This document shows positions 1 through 10,583 of a DNA stretch of 64,000 nt, piece by piece. Each line of letters starts with the position of its first letter. Within the stretch, counting starts at the first letter, position 1. Below the pieces are notes generated by a model, which made no database searches, had not been told where the DNA came from, and worked only from the letters and a program-made list of their open reading frames with translations. The stretch lies in the NCBI GenBank assembly GCA_963733375.1, contig CAVTDB010000003.1:1-64000 (forward strand). Reading direction: 5' to 3'. The stretch comes from Nitrospirota bacterium (GTDB lineage: Bacteria; Nitrospirota; JACRHJ01). Both the position numbers and the translations under genes were made by a program.

Positions 1-919
1 AGGGACTGCTGGAAATGGAGTGCGAACCCCTGTCGCGTCAGCAGGTTTCCGGCATTGACCTCTTCGGAGGCACGATACTCGGCACCTCCAGGACAAACCC
101 GTTCAAGAGGGAAACGGCGCCGAGACTGTCGCCGCAAACATGAAGAAGATGGACCTGCACGCGCTGATAGCCGTGGGCGGCGACGACACCCTTGGTGTTT
201 GCAACAAGCTGTCGAAGATGGGGCTTAATACCGTCGGCGTACCCAAGACCATAGACAACGACCTCTCCGCGACGGACGTCACGTTCGGGTATGATACGGC
301 CGTCTCCATCGCCACGGAGTGCATCGACAGGCTGCATACCACCGCGGAGTCCCACCACAGGACGCTGGTGGTGGAGCTGATGGGCCGCCACGCCGGCTGG
401 ATAACCTGCGCGTCGGGTATCGCCGGAGGCGCGGACATGATACTGGTCCCGGAGGAGCCATTCAATATCGTCGAAGTCTGCAACGTCCTGAAGAAGCGCG
501 CGGCAAGGGGGAAGAAGTTCAATATCGTCGCGGTCTCCGAGGGTGCGGTGTTCTCCGATGCGCCCGGCGTGGAAGGTTCGGTGGTCCTTCAGACGGCGGA
601 CAAGGACGCATTCGGGAACGTACGCCTCGGCGGGATCGCCAACATCCTCGCCAAGGAGATAGAGACCAGGACCGGGTTCGAGACGAGGGCCGTCATCCTG
701 GGGCACCTCCAGAGGGGCGGGACGCCCACCGCCTATGACCGGGTGCTTGCGACCCGTTTCGGCGTAAAGGCGGTGGAACTGGTGCATGAGGGCAGGTTCG
801 GGTTAATGGTGGCAATCCACGGGACGAAGATCGAGGCCGTGCCCCTGGAGGAGGCGGTCGGCAAGACCAAGACCCTGGACATGGAACTCTACGAGACGGC
901 CAAGATTTTCTTCGGCTGA
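1..919 (+). CDS. pfkA: 6-phosphofructokinase, PPi-dependent/mixed-substrate type (5' end outside window, frameshift near 115)
   Basis: GGTILGTSRTNPF upstream of the called ORF; GGDDT, PKTIDND, MGRHAGWI and LGHLQRGG motifs. Confidence 0.9.
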
Positions 920-940
920 CGGAGTAGAAATAAACTAGAT

Positions 941-1939
941 ATGAAAACAATCGCCTTACTTACCTCCGGGGGTGATTCATCCGGGATGAACGCCGCCATC
1001 AGGAGCGTCGTGCATACCGGACTGGATATGGGCCTGCGCGTGATCGGCTTCATCCAGGGTTATCAGGGGCTGATCGAAAACCATTTCATGGAGATGGACT
1101 CCGACTCGGTGGACGGGATAATCCAGCGCGGCGGCACGATACTGCGCTCCGCCAGGAGCGGCGAGTTCAAAAGCGACTGGGGGCAGAGGACCTCGCTTGA
1201 AAACCTTTCAAAAAATTCGGTCGACGGCGTCATCGTAATCGGCGGGGACGGCTCCCTGCACGGTGCGCAGGTCCTGCACGACCTGGGCATCCCGGTCGCC
1301 GGCATACCGGCCTCGATCGACAACGACATCTACGGCACGGACATGGCAATCGGCGTGGACACAGCTCTTAACAACATCGTCCACGCCGTGGACATGCTCC
1401 GGGATACCGCGTCGTCGCACGACCGGGCGTTTATCCTGGAGGTCATGGGCAGAAGCTCCGGATACCTGGCCTATACTTCAGGGCTGGCATGCGCCGCGGA
1501 AGCGGTGATAATACCTGAGATCCCTTACGACCTTGACGCCATCGGGATGCGTCTGCTGGAAGCCAAAAGGCGCGGCAAGACGAACAGCATAGTGATAGTC
1601 GCCGAAGGGGCGGGCTCCGCCTACGCCGTGGAGCTTAAGCTTAAATCGTTCGCCGGCTTCGAGACCAGGATTACCGTGCTCGGCCATCTCCAGCGCGGCG
1701 GCGAGCCGACGGTCTTCGACAGGCTCCTGGGGAGGCGGCTCGGGGCGGCGGCGGTAAAGCGGCTGGTCAAGGGGCAGCGCGGATTTATGGTGGGGCTTAT
1801 AAACAACGAGGTGGTTTCCACTTCTTTCAAGGACGTCTTTGCGCAGAAGAAAACCTTAAGCGAAAAGAACCTTGCAATAGCGCGCCAGCTCTCCGGAGCC
1901 GACCGGCACAACCCGGAAAAGGAGTTAGAAGATGCCTGA
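941..1939 (+). CDS. pfkA: ATP-dependent 6-phosphofructokinase
   Basis: TSGGDSSGMNAAIR, GGTILRSARS, GGDGS, PASIDND and EVMGR motifs. Confidence 0.92.
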   Translation: MKTIALLTSGGDSSGMNAAIRSVVHTGLDMGLRVIGFIQGYQGLIENHFMEMDSDSVDGIIQRGGTILRSARSGEFKSDWGQRTSLENLSKNSVDGVIVIGGDGSLHGAQVLHDLGIPVAGIPASIDNDIYGTDMAIGVDTALNNIVHAVDMLRDTASSHDRAFILEVMGRSSGYLAYTSGLACAAEAVIIPEIPYDLDAIGMRLLEAKRRGKTNSIVIVAEGAGSAYAVELKLKSFAGFETRITVLGHLQRGGEPTVFDRLLGRRLGAAAVKRLVKGQRGFMVGLINNEVVSTSFKDVFAQKKTLSEKNLAIARQLSGADRHNPEKELEDA

Positions 1940-2705
1940 GAAACCTGAGAGCCCCGAGAGCCCCGAAACGCCCGAATCCGTCGACGAGCTGTACATGCGC
2001 GGCAGAGAGTCGTTCGACAGTAAAGACTACGCCCTGGCCCAGAGTTATTTCGAGCAGGTAGTGGCGATAAGGCCGTACGCGGACGTATTCAACAAGCTGG
2101 GCCAGATATATCACGGAAAAGGCGAACTCTCGAAGGCCGCGGAGGCGTTCAAAAAGGCGCTCGCCGTAAACCCCGGCTATACGGAGGTCTCTTTAAACCT
2201 GGCGGTCACCTTAAACGACATGGGCAAATACAACGAGGCAAACGAGATATTCGGAAAGGCCGCGAAGATAGCGCACGCGACCCCCTACTCGATGGACCCG
2301 TACATAAAAGGCAAGCTCGCCAACGAACATTCGAAGATAGCGGACATATATTATGACCTTGGGCTTTTCGGAGAGGCGGTCGAGGAATACAAGAAGGCGG
2401 TAAGCCTGCGTCCGTCGTTCGTGGACATCCTGACCAAAATAGGCATCGCATACCGCGAAAAAGGTATGTACAACGAGGCCATCCGCGAGTTCATGAAGTC
2501 CAAGGAGATTAACCCGCACTACGTCCCGGCGCGGATCAACCTGGGGATAACCTACTACATGAAGGGGTTCATCGACCTGGCCGTCAGAGAATGGAACGAG
2601 GCGCTGGAGGTGAACCCGGAGAGCACGGACGCCATGATGTACCTGAAGTTCGTCGAGAGCGAGCAGGCAGGCGGAGAAGACCTGACCAACCTTGGCGAAG
2701 ATTAG
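1932..2705 (+). CDS. Tetratricopeptide repeat protein
   Basis: Repeated TPR consensus (YADVFNKLGQIY, INLGITYY); start overlaps the pfkA stop. Confidence 0.85.
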   Translation: MPEKPESPESPETPESVDELYMRGRESFDSKDYALAQSYFEQVVAIRPYADVFNKLGQIYHGKGELSKAAEAFKKALAVNPGYTEVSLNLAVTLNDMGKYNEANEIFGKAAKIAHATPYSMDPYIKGKLANEHSKIADIYYDLGLFGEAVEEYKKAVSLRPSFVDILTKIGIAYREKGMYNEAIREFMKSKEINPHYVPARINLGITYYMKGFIDLAVREWNEALEVNPESTDAMMYLKFVESEQAGGEDLTNLGED

Positions 2706-2718
2706 CCGCAAACCTGGG

Positions 2719-2828
2719 AAACCGTTACCTTTTTAGTAAAAAGGTAACACCAAAAACTTTTAAACTGTTTTTTTGTCCCGTTTTCTTTGGTTACTTTCTT
2801 TTTCGCAAAAGAAAGTAACAAGGGTTTT
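2719..2828. repeat. Double-hairpin intergenic repeat, copy A
   Basis: GTTACCTTTTT-AGT-AAAAAGGTAAC (2724-2748) and GTTACTTTCTTTT-TCGC-AAAAGAAAGTAAC (2790-2819). Confidence 0.85.
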
Positions 2829-3803
2829 ATGCCCCCGCTTCTTTCAGTAAAAAATCTCCGCACTGAGTTCCATACCAGGGAAGGAAACTTCTTCGCCGTG
2901 GACGGAGTGAGCTTTCACGTTGACCAGGGAGAGGTGCTGGGCCTGGTCGGCGAGTCCGGGTGCGGCAAGAGCGTCACGGCCCTTTCCATCATGCGCATCC
3001 TCCCGGACCCTCCCGGACGTGTCGCGGGCGGCGAGGTGATATTCGAGGGGGCGAACCTGCTTACGCTGCCTGAGCCGCAGATGAGAAAGATACGGGGCGG
3101 CAGGATCGGGATGGTCTTCCAGGAGCCGATGACCTCGCTGAACCCGGTATTCACGGTGGGCGACCAGGTGGCGGAGGCGCTTATCGTACATAAGGGGATG
3201 CGGAAAGAAAAAGCGTTTGAGCGGGTGGCGGAGCTTTTCGATATGGTGGGCCTGCCCGAGCCGAAAAGACTTCTTGGTAATTATCCACACCAGCTATCAG
3301 GCGGGATGCGCCAGAGGGTTATGATAGCGATGGCCATCTCCTGCGGGCCGAGCCTCGTCATAGCCGACGAGCCGACTACCGCGCTGGACGTGACGATTCA
3401 GGCGCAGATACTGGCGCTGCTCGACGACATCCGGAAAAAGACCGGCACGGCCATCATGCTCATCACGCACGACCTGGGTATAATCGCGCAGATGGCGGAC
3501 AGGGTCGCCGTGATGTACGCGGGCAGGATAGTGGAACAGGCGAAGACGGACGACATATTCTACGACCCGCTGCACCCATATACCGAGGGGCTTTTAGCAA
3601 GCATCCCGAAGCCGGGCGAAAAGCCGGACAGGCTTAGGGCAATCCCCGGCATGGTGCCGAAAATCACCGAACTCCCGCACGGCTGCAAGTTCCTTCCGAG
3701 GTGCCAGTACGCGAAGCCGGAATACGCCGAGAGCGAGCCGGAGCTTACCGAAGTGAAGCCGGGCCACTGGGTGCGGTGCTTCCGTGCGCAGGGGAAATAT
3801 TAA
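2829..3803 (+). CDS. oppD: Oligopeptide/dipeptide ABC transporter ATP-binding protein (OppD/DppD family)
   Basis: GESGCGKS Walker A, LSGGMRQR signature, [10 protein letters not shown]-terminal HPYT and Cys-rich domain. Confidence 0.9.
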   Translation: MPPLLSVKNLRTEFHTREGNFFAVDGVSFHVDQGEVLGLVGESGCGKSVTALSIMRILPDPPGRVAGGEVIFEGANLLTLPEPQMRKIRGGRIGMVFQEPMTSLNPVFTVGDQVAEALIVHKGMRKEKAFERVAELFDMVGLPEPKRLLGNYPHQLSGGMRQRVMIAMAISCGPSLVIADEPTTALDVTIQAQILALLDDIRKKTGTAIMLITHDLGIIAQMADRVAVMYAGRIVEQAKTDDIFYDPLHPYTEGLLASIPKPGEKPDRLRAIPGMVPKITELPHGCKFLPRCQYAKPEYAESEPELTEVKPGHWVRCFRAQGKY

Positions 3804-3852
3804 AGAGAGGCCTCCGCGCGCGAAACCCGCGAAAAAGGGAAGAAATATATTT

Positions 3853-5906
3853 TTAATACGCATTCAGCGGCAATACTAACTTCTGCCCCGGATATATAAG
3901 GTTTGGATTTTTAATAAAGCGATTCCTCTTCCAAATTCTCCTCCATAAGAGCGGGTCGCATAGCTCTGCACCTGCAATGTCCCGGAGAGTATCATTTTTC
4001 TTTACGGTATAATACCTTCCTTTCTCAACTTTCTTAAATAGTGCAATAAAATCGGGGTTGTTTCGATATGCTTCAAAAGCCGGTCTATTTTCTAAATCTT
4101 CTTGAAGCGGAAAGCTTTCCACAATTATTTCCGGCATTGTTCCAACCAGATTTTTTAAAGCCGAAATCATAAGACGCTTTTTACCGAGCAAGGCGTAAAC
4201 CTCCGCTTCAATATCTGTATTATGATAAACCCCGGACGCTCGCAAAGAGTTTAAAATATCTTTTGCCTCATCTCCGGTCAGTTCCTTTGTTTCTTTTTTG
4301 CAATGCAATTGATAAATTGATTGAAGCAGGCGCAAAATTACTATCGCATGCTTAATGTCTGTTTAAAATCCTTTATCGCCGCGTCATAATTTTTTAACAT
4401 GATGTAATCATATCCTCTATAGTTATAGGTATATTTGTTCGGGTATATCTTTAATACCTTGTCATATTCAGCGAATGCCTCTTTAAAACCGCCTGCTTTT
4501 CCAAATAACCATCCCTTGCCGTTATAAGCAGAAGCTGCTTGACTTGGATACGGATTCCGCATGTCATCATAGGCTTTCCAAGCCTCCTTAAATCTTTTCA
4601 TCCTTATCAGAATGTTAGCTTTTAAAAGCAGGGCGTCATTTAATACACACATATCGATAGACTTATTGACAAAACAAAGGGCTTCCTCGTACACACCGAT
4701 GTTATAATAAACTCTGGCTACGTTCATGTAAGCCATTTCAAACATTAAACTGTTTTGGTCTTCCGCTTGCGGTCTCAATTCCAGTTGCTTGTAATACGCA
4801 TCCAATGCACTGGCATATTCTTTAAGCCCCAGGTACGCCCCCCCTTTTATGCCATAGGCAAGGACGAGGCCCCAAACGTCTTTTTGAGACTCTAATTCTA
4901 TGCATTTATCGGCATTGGCTATTGCCTCTTCATATCTTCTCATCTCGTAAAAAGTGTACGCCTTTCCTCCATAGCCTTCCGCACTCTTTTCCGCACTCTT
5001 CGGCGCCATATCAATATATTTCTGATAATCATTTAATGCCTTATCATATTGGCCGATCCTGCGATAGCATTCTCCTCTGTTAAAATAATTACTCGTAACA
5101 TCGGGCTTAGCTTGTATTTTTTCAGTATAATTTTCTATTGAGTTTAAGTTATTCACTGCATCCTGAAGTATTTCTACAATATCCTTAAAGCCTTTATCGT
5201 CCGCGAACTTCATCGCGGTATTGCCATTGGAATCCGTTGCGTTAACGTCAGCGCCATTTGCAATCAGTATCTTCGCACACTCTGCATTGTCTTTATCGGC
5301 CGCTGCCATCAAAGCCGTGGCTCCGCTCGGATTCTTCGCGTTCACGTCCGCGCCATTGTCTATTAGAGTCTGTACACAGTCAACATAGCCGTAAATAACC
5401 GCCAGAATCAACACAGTACAGCCCTCGGAATTCTTCGCGTTCACGTCCGCGCCATTGTCTATTAGAGTCTGTACACAGTCAGCATGGCCGTAAGTAGCCG
5501 CCAGAATCAACACAGTCCAACCCTCGGAATTCTTCGCGTTCACGTCCGCGCCATTGTCTATTAGAGTCTTTACACAGTCAACATGGCCGACAACAGCCGA
5601 AAGCATCAGCGCGGTCCAGCCAAGCGAATCCGCTTCATCCACATCCGCGCCGCTGGCAAGCAGGGCCTTTACACAGTCCAGGTGGCCCCAGCGAGCCGCA
5701 AACTGCAGCGCCGTAAGGCCATCGGAGTCCTTTGCGTTTACGTCCGCCCCTTTGGCAATATAGCTTTTTACTGCTTCAATATCGCCCTTACGGGCTGCGG
5801 TGACGAGATCGCCGTTTATATTCGCCCATGAGATGACGGACGTGAACGTGAGCGAAACGAAAACAATCGCGGCTGCAATAATACCCGTTAAAGGTTTCAT
5901 CAACAT
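3853..5906 (-). CDS. Secreted ankyrin-repeat + TPR + C-terminal LysM protein (probably one gene split near 4290-4345)
   Basis: Signal-like N-terminus; several GADVNAK...G.T.L ankyrin repeats; TPRs; ORF 3853-4335 ends in LysM (YTVKKNDTLRDIA...NPNLIYPGQKLVLP); a TPR-like DSNFAPASINLSIAL bridges the break in another frame. Confidence 0.75.
5330..5590. repeat. 99-bp tandem repeats encoding near-identical ankyrin units
   Basis: attcttcgcgttcacgtccgcgccattgtctattagagtct recurs three times at 99-bp spacing. Confidence 0.9.
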
Positions 5907-5992
5907 TCCCTGGAAAATTAGGGGAAATTAAGGGATACATAAATGGAAAAATCAACGAGGGGGGCCGGTAACGCCCCCCTGAAATTTATCCT

Positions 5993-6487
5993 CTACTCCT
6001 TAATCAGCGACGTCATCTCCGGCACGGTAAGCACCGCGTCTATGCTGTTCTCTTCCCACTTGCGCGAGGGGCCCCAGTCCATTATCACCAGCACGGGCTT
6101 CACCTCGAACCAGCCCTCCTTCACCTTCGTTATGGTCTCTTTGTGCGGCAATATCCCCGCCACGTCCGCATGGCAGAAAATAGCCAGGCCTTCCTGGGCG
6201 TTCTCCCGTATCACGGACTCAAGCTGGTCCGCCTTGTCCAGGCGGCCAAGCCGTCTGTCCGTATCCACCTTCGATACGTCGTCCGAACCAAGCTCTTCCA
6301 GCGTAAGGAGCGCCGTGTCGAGACACCGGGCCGCCGGCGACGATACCGCCTTCTGGACCCGGTATCTTTCGCCAAGCTTCCCCTTCACCATGTCCACCAC
6401 CTGCTCCACTTCGTACCTCCCGGTGAGGCTGAGCCTCCTGGGCGGCCTGTTCGCGGTCTTCGCATGAGTTATGATGACTATCTTCAT
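5993..6487 (-). CDS. SixA-like histidine phosphatase superfamily protein (degenerate motif)
   Basis: IIT-HA in place of RHG/RHA; LSLTG, SSPAARCLDTA and downstream FCH. Confidence 0.6.
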   Translation of the reverse strand: MKIVIITHAKTANRPPRRLSLTGRYEVEQVVDMVKGKLGERYRVQKAVSSPAARCLDTALLTLEELGSDDVSKVDTDRRLGRLDKADQLESVIRENAQEGLAIFCHADVAGILPHKETITKVKEGWFEVKPVLVIMDWGPSRKWEENSIDAVLTVPEMTSLIKE

Positions 6488-6631
6488 TTTCCGCCTCCTC
6501 GTTTTATATTGCGCGTTAAAAAAAATTAATCTAAAATTAACCGCCGTTTAATAATCGTAAATTATAATTCAGCCGTCGCCGCAATCGCGGCTGGAATATT
6601 CATATTATATATAATTTCAGAGGATTTAACG

Positions 6632-6727
6632 ATGCTCAAGAAAATCATTGTATTCGTCGTGCTCCTTGTCGCTTTCGTCGGTCTCGCGATGTTAAACTAC
6701 TCTTCGGCCGGACCGGTCGGTTATTAG
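6632..6727 (+). CDS. 31-aa single-pass membrane/secreted peptide MLKKIIVFVVLLVAFVGLAMLNYSSAGPVGY
   Basis: AGAGGA RBS shortly upstream of ATG, AT-rich promoter region, KK plus hydrophobic helix; stop abuts the convergent gene. Confidence 0.55.
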   Translation: MLKKIIVFVVLLVAFVGLAMLNYSSAGPVGY

Positions 6728-7484
6728 CTATTTCAGGTTCGCAGTCAGCCAATCCGCTACCTGCCCGAGAAGCTTCGGGTCCTTCTGGAACATCTGGGCG
6801 CCGTGCCCGGCGTCTGTCAGGATAACCGTTTTCTTCGGCCCGGCCGCAAGCTTCTCCAGCGTCTTGACGGTCTCGTACGACGCCTCGTCTTCCGTGGACG
6901 CGGCCATGAACACCGGCCTGGCCCCATACTCCTTCATCGGCCGGGTCGTATCGATGTTGTGATAACCAAGCCCTGGCGAGAGCAGCACGAGCGCCTTCAC
7001 CTCCGGGTGCTTTGAGGCATACAATAGCCCGGTGGACGACTGTATCGAAGCCCCCACCAGCCCTATCGGCCCTTCCCCACTCCCTTCTGATGGAGATATT
7101 TCAACACGGAGTCTATATCTATGGTCATATTCTCGAAATCCTTATCCGAAAAACTCTCGTAAGTAACTTTCTTCCCGTCAAGCATGGGTGCTCTCCCCGT
7201 GACCGCGCGCATCGTACGCAAGCGACGTTATAGCCTTTCGCGTTCAGCGCCTTCGCAAGCCCGGTAAACTCCGAGCGGTTGCTGCCCAGCTTGTGCATGA
7301 GGAGGATTACGGGGCTTCCCGGCTTGCCGGGGTAATAGGTCCCGCGCAGTAGCCAGCCGTCCGGGGTCTGGACGGTTATCTCCTGGGGAGCGGATGGCCC
7401 GTGGGACTGGTCGGTTTTCTTTTTCGCGCCGAAGGCGGCGGCGGGGATGAGGGTCAGTACAAGGATTGCTGCCAGAATTTTCAT
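6728..7484 (-). CDS. Secreted alpha/beta hydrolase (frameshifted)
   Basis: Signal peptide, LLMHKLG, GASIQ nucleophile elbow, VLLSPG, GHG catalytic His. Confidence 0.7.
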
Positions 7485-7581
7485 ATACCAGGCTCCTTTT
7501 TTAAAGCGAGTTGGCGTATCGAGACAGTATAGCAGACCGCGGAATTATATCACAAAGCGGGAAAAGGTAAATGAGAAATAC

Positions 7582-8653
7582 CTATACCACCTCCCATTTG
7601 CTGGTCTGCCAGTTGTCCGCTCCGCCGTCGGCCGGAATCCAGGAAGGGAGCGGGAGCCGCAGGCGTTTGGACAGCGCGTTGACGTACGGCTCATACATGC
7701 TCCTTAGCTCCCACAGTTTCACTTCATAGTCCGGGCCCTCGCCAAGCCGATGCCCGGCCTCCAGGAGCAGGGCGCGGAGCTTTATCAGTTCGGGTCCGGG
7801 CAGACGGTCCTTGCGCCGGTTCTATGGGCGGCGCGGAAAGCACCTGCGCCAGGTCCACTATCGCGTGGCGGGTAATCGCGAAGGTCAGCCGCGCCTGCCG
7901 CTCACAAGCCCCTTCCAGCCCGGCAATGACAAGGGCGGCCGCGTCGAGTATCGTCGTCAGGGAGGATAGCCAGGACTGGTTGTCGTGCTGGGAGCGGAAG
8001 AAGGCAAGCGCCGGATATGAGAGATGGCTCTCCAGAAGCTCCGCCGACCATATCTCCCAGTCCGCGAAAAGCTGCCTCAGCTCCTCCATCCCGTATTGCC
8101 CGTAGTGGCGCCTCAGCATCTCCGCCGCGGTCGCGGGCGAACCGGCGCGCGCGTCCATGAGGGATATCCGGACCTCGCGCCTGGCGAACGACTCGTTCAG
8201 CGGGGGGAAATAGCTTATCAGTATGGCCAGGAACCCGAACCCAAGCGCGGCCTCGACGATGGCCAAGGATTTCCCGGCCATGCCGCTCGGTATATTTCCC
8301 ATGCCGCCTAAAGGGAAAAAGACGCTGCCGCTGAAAAACAGGCTCTGCCGGAAACCTGGATGCAGGCCGGCGGAGAAGTAAATCAGGGCGAAGCCCGAGA
8401 TAAGTCCGGCGGCCCAGATAGCCAGTAGCAGTATGAGGGAGAGCGGCCCGAAATAACTGAGCATCGCTTCATGCCTTTTGCGCGAGCAGATCCTGTCCGC
8501 GGCGAAGGTCCATATCCTCCAGGTCGCCCGGAAGAAGAAGCGGGCCAGGCGCACCCTCCTTGTGACGCGCCTTGGGAGGATTACGGTCTCAAACCCGTCC
8601 CAAAGCACGATAAGAACCAATATCACGCCTATAACGGCATAGAGTACCTGCAT
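7582..8653 (-). CDS. Two-TM ion (potassium) channel family protein (frameshift near 7800)
   Basis: TM helices, pore-like FFSGSVFFPLG, RE..I.LMDARAGSP and ESHLSYP motifs; C-terminus continues as MYEPYVNALS...DNWQTS. Confidence 0.65.
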
Positions 8654-8744
8654 GGAAAAAGTATATCAGGTACTCAAAAAAAATCGAACACTGTGAGCGC
8701 GATTTTTACAGCGCCAACAAGTTATAAGCTGAAAGGCGACGTAT

Positions 8745-9638
8745 TCACGCCGCCTTCCTGTATTTGGCCGCCGCCTCTTTCCATCCGTGCTTAATGAGGT
8801 ATTGTTCAAGACTCAACATCTCCGGATGAATCTTCTTTAGCGAAGCAAGGTCCACCCTATAGCTGGTCTCGTTGAACCACTTGAACATCCTGCCCATGTC
8901 CTCGTTCAGCCTTAGAATCTGTTCAACCGGCAGTTCCCTGTACTCCACCGGCTTTCCGATTACCCGGCTGAAGACCTTCGCGGCCTCGGGCAGAGTCATC
9001 TCGTCCCCCACGATATCGAGCTCTTTGCCGATATACTCCCTCGGCTTGTCGAACGCCAGGGCGACGAAATACGCGAAGTCCTCCGGACTCAGCATCTGGT
9101 GCACCCTGTCAGGCTTTATGGCCAGGGAGAGGACGCCGTCCATTATGGATTTTTTCATCTGGCCGCTTTCAAAGTTGAACATGTAGAACCCCGGCCTTAA
9201 AATAGTGTACCTTAGCCCGGTGGACTTTATGTGCTCTTCAATCTCGCCCTTGCTTTCGAAATGAGGGATGCCGGTCTTCCTGTCCGCCGCGATGACGGAG
9301 CTGTAAACGTAGTGCCTTATCCCGGCGGCTTTCGCGGCGTCCGCTAAATTCCGCCCCTGCGCTACCTCGCCGCTACATGCCCTCCTCGGCCCAGGTATGT
9401 ACCGCGAATACGCCGCAGACTCCGTCAAGCGCATTATCCAGGCTGCCCCGGTCATTCAAGTCGCCCTTCACCACCTCGATGCCTTTTTCGGCCAGATGTT
9501 TCGCATAAGGGCTGATCTGTATTCTCGGGTAAGCGCGCGCACCTTCCAGCCTTCATCGAATAGTTTATCGGCCACGGCGCTCCCTTGGCTCCCCGTAGCG
9601 CCGGTAACTAAGATTGTGGTCTCGGATTTTTTAATCAT
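8745..9638 (-). CDS. NmrA/HSCARG family NAD(P)-binding protein (frameshifted)
   Basis: ILVTGATGSQG at the N-terminus; HYVYSSV, PHFESK, TILRPG. Confidence 0.85.
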
Positions 9639-9775
9639 CTTCCCCTCCTTCCCGGTCTAAAAACGGAAAATCCGCCTCCGGGAAATACATTTGTTCTTCT
9701 TTATATTATACCTTCCCGGCCGCACTTATCCAAGTCTTGGGCCAAGCCTTGACACCGCTCGTTCCGGCGATTTTT

Positions 9776-10582
9776 TTATTTAAACTTGCACCACTCCACC
9801 TTATCCTTGCTCCAGGGACTCTTCCTGCCGGAAAGATACGCCTCCATCCCTTCCCTCTGCTCGGTCCCGGGGCCGAAGGACTCGCCGAAGGCGTTTATCT
9901 CCGCTTCTTCCAGGACTTCGGAATAGCCCTTGTCCAGGCCGAAGTTTATCAAGGTCTTCGTCTGCCGCACTGAGTCAGGGGCGTTGTTGGCGATTGCAAA
10001 CGCGAGCTCGCGCGCGGCGTCCATAAGTTCGTGCTGGTTCCGTACCACCTTGCTCACAAGCCCGATGTCGAGCGCCTCGAACGCGCTTACCTCCCTGCCG
10101 GTGAACAGTATCTCCTTCGCCCTTCCCGCGCCTATTATCGCCGGGAGCCGGGTGGTTGCGCCGGAGGAGGGCGGCACTCCTATTTTTATCGTGTTCATCG
10201 AAAACACGGCGTCTTCAGTGCATATCCTTATGTCGCATGAGAGCGCAAGCTCAAAACCTATGTCGTATGCCTTGCCGCTTATAGCCGCGATAACCGGGAC
10301 CGGCAGGTCTTCAAGCCCCCGCATTGCCTTATGGCCTATGCGGGACAGTAACTTCGCTTCCTCGCGCCCGACATTTACCATGTCCTTTATGTCCATGCCG
10401 GATGAGAAGTTAGGGCCCTCCCCGGTTATCACCACGCTGCAGAGTTTTATCTTGGGCCTTAGCTCCTCCAGGATGAAACGGTTTATGTCCGCCATCACCG
10501 CGCGTGAGATGTGGTTGTCCGGCGGGTCGTTCAGGACTATCGCGCCGATGCACTCCGGGCTTGTAAACGTCACGTAGGCCAT
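9776..10582 (-). CDS. Enoyl-CoA hydratase/isomerase family protein
   Basis: FSSGMD, GFELALSCDIRI, AKEILFTG crotonase motifs. Confidence 0.85.
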   Translation of the reverse strand: MAYVTFTSPECIGAIVLNDPPDNHISRAVMADINRFILEELRPKIKLCSVVITGEGPNFSSGMDIKDMVNVGREEAKLLSRIGHKAMRGLEDLPVPVIAAISGKAYDIGFELALSCDIRICTEDAVFSMNTIKIGVPPSSGATTRLPAIIGAGRAKEILFTGREVSAFEALDIGLVSKVVRNQHELMDAARELAFAIANNAPDSVRQTKTLINFGLDKGYSEVLEEAEINAFGESFGPGTEQREGMEAYLSGRKSPWSKDKVEWCKFK

Positions 10583-10583
10583 A

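Noticed and set aside
2787-2828. N-terminal extensions MVTFFF.KESN of ORFs 2787 and 13753, and the Lys-rich MFP tail
   Set aside because: These are translations of the hairpin repeat, not protein sequence
5905-5945. Mobile-element end (aattagggg aaattaagggatac) beside the low-GC gene
   Set aside because: No matching end found on the other side and no transposase
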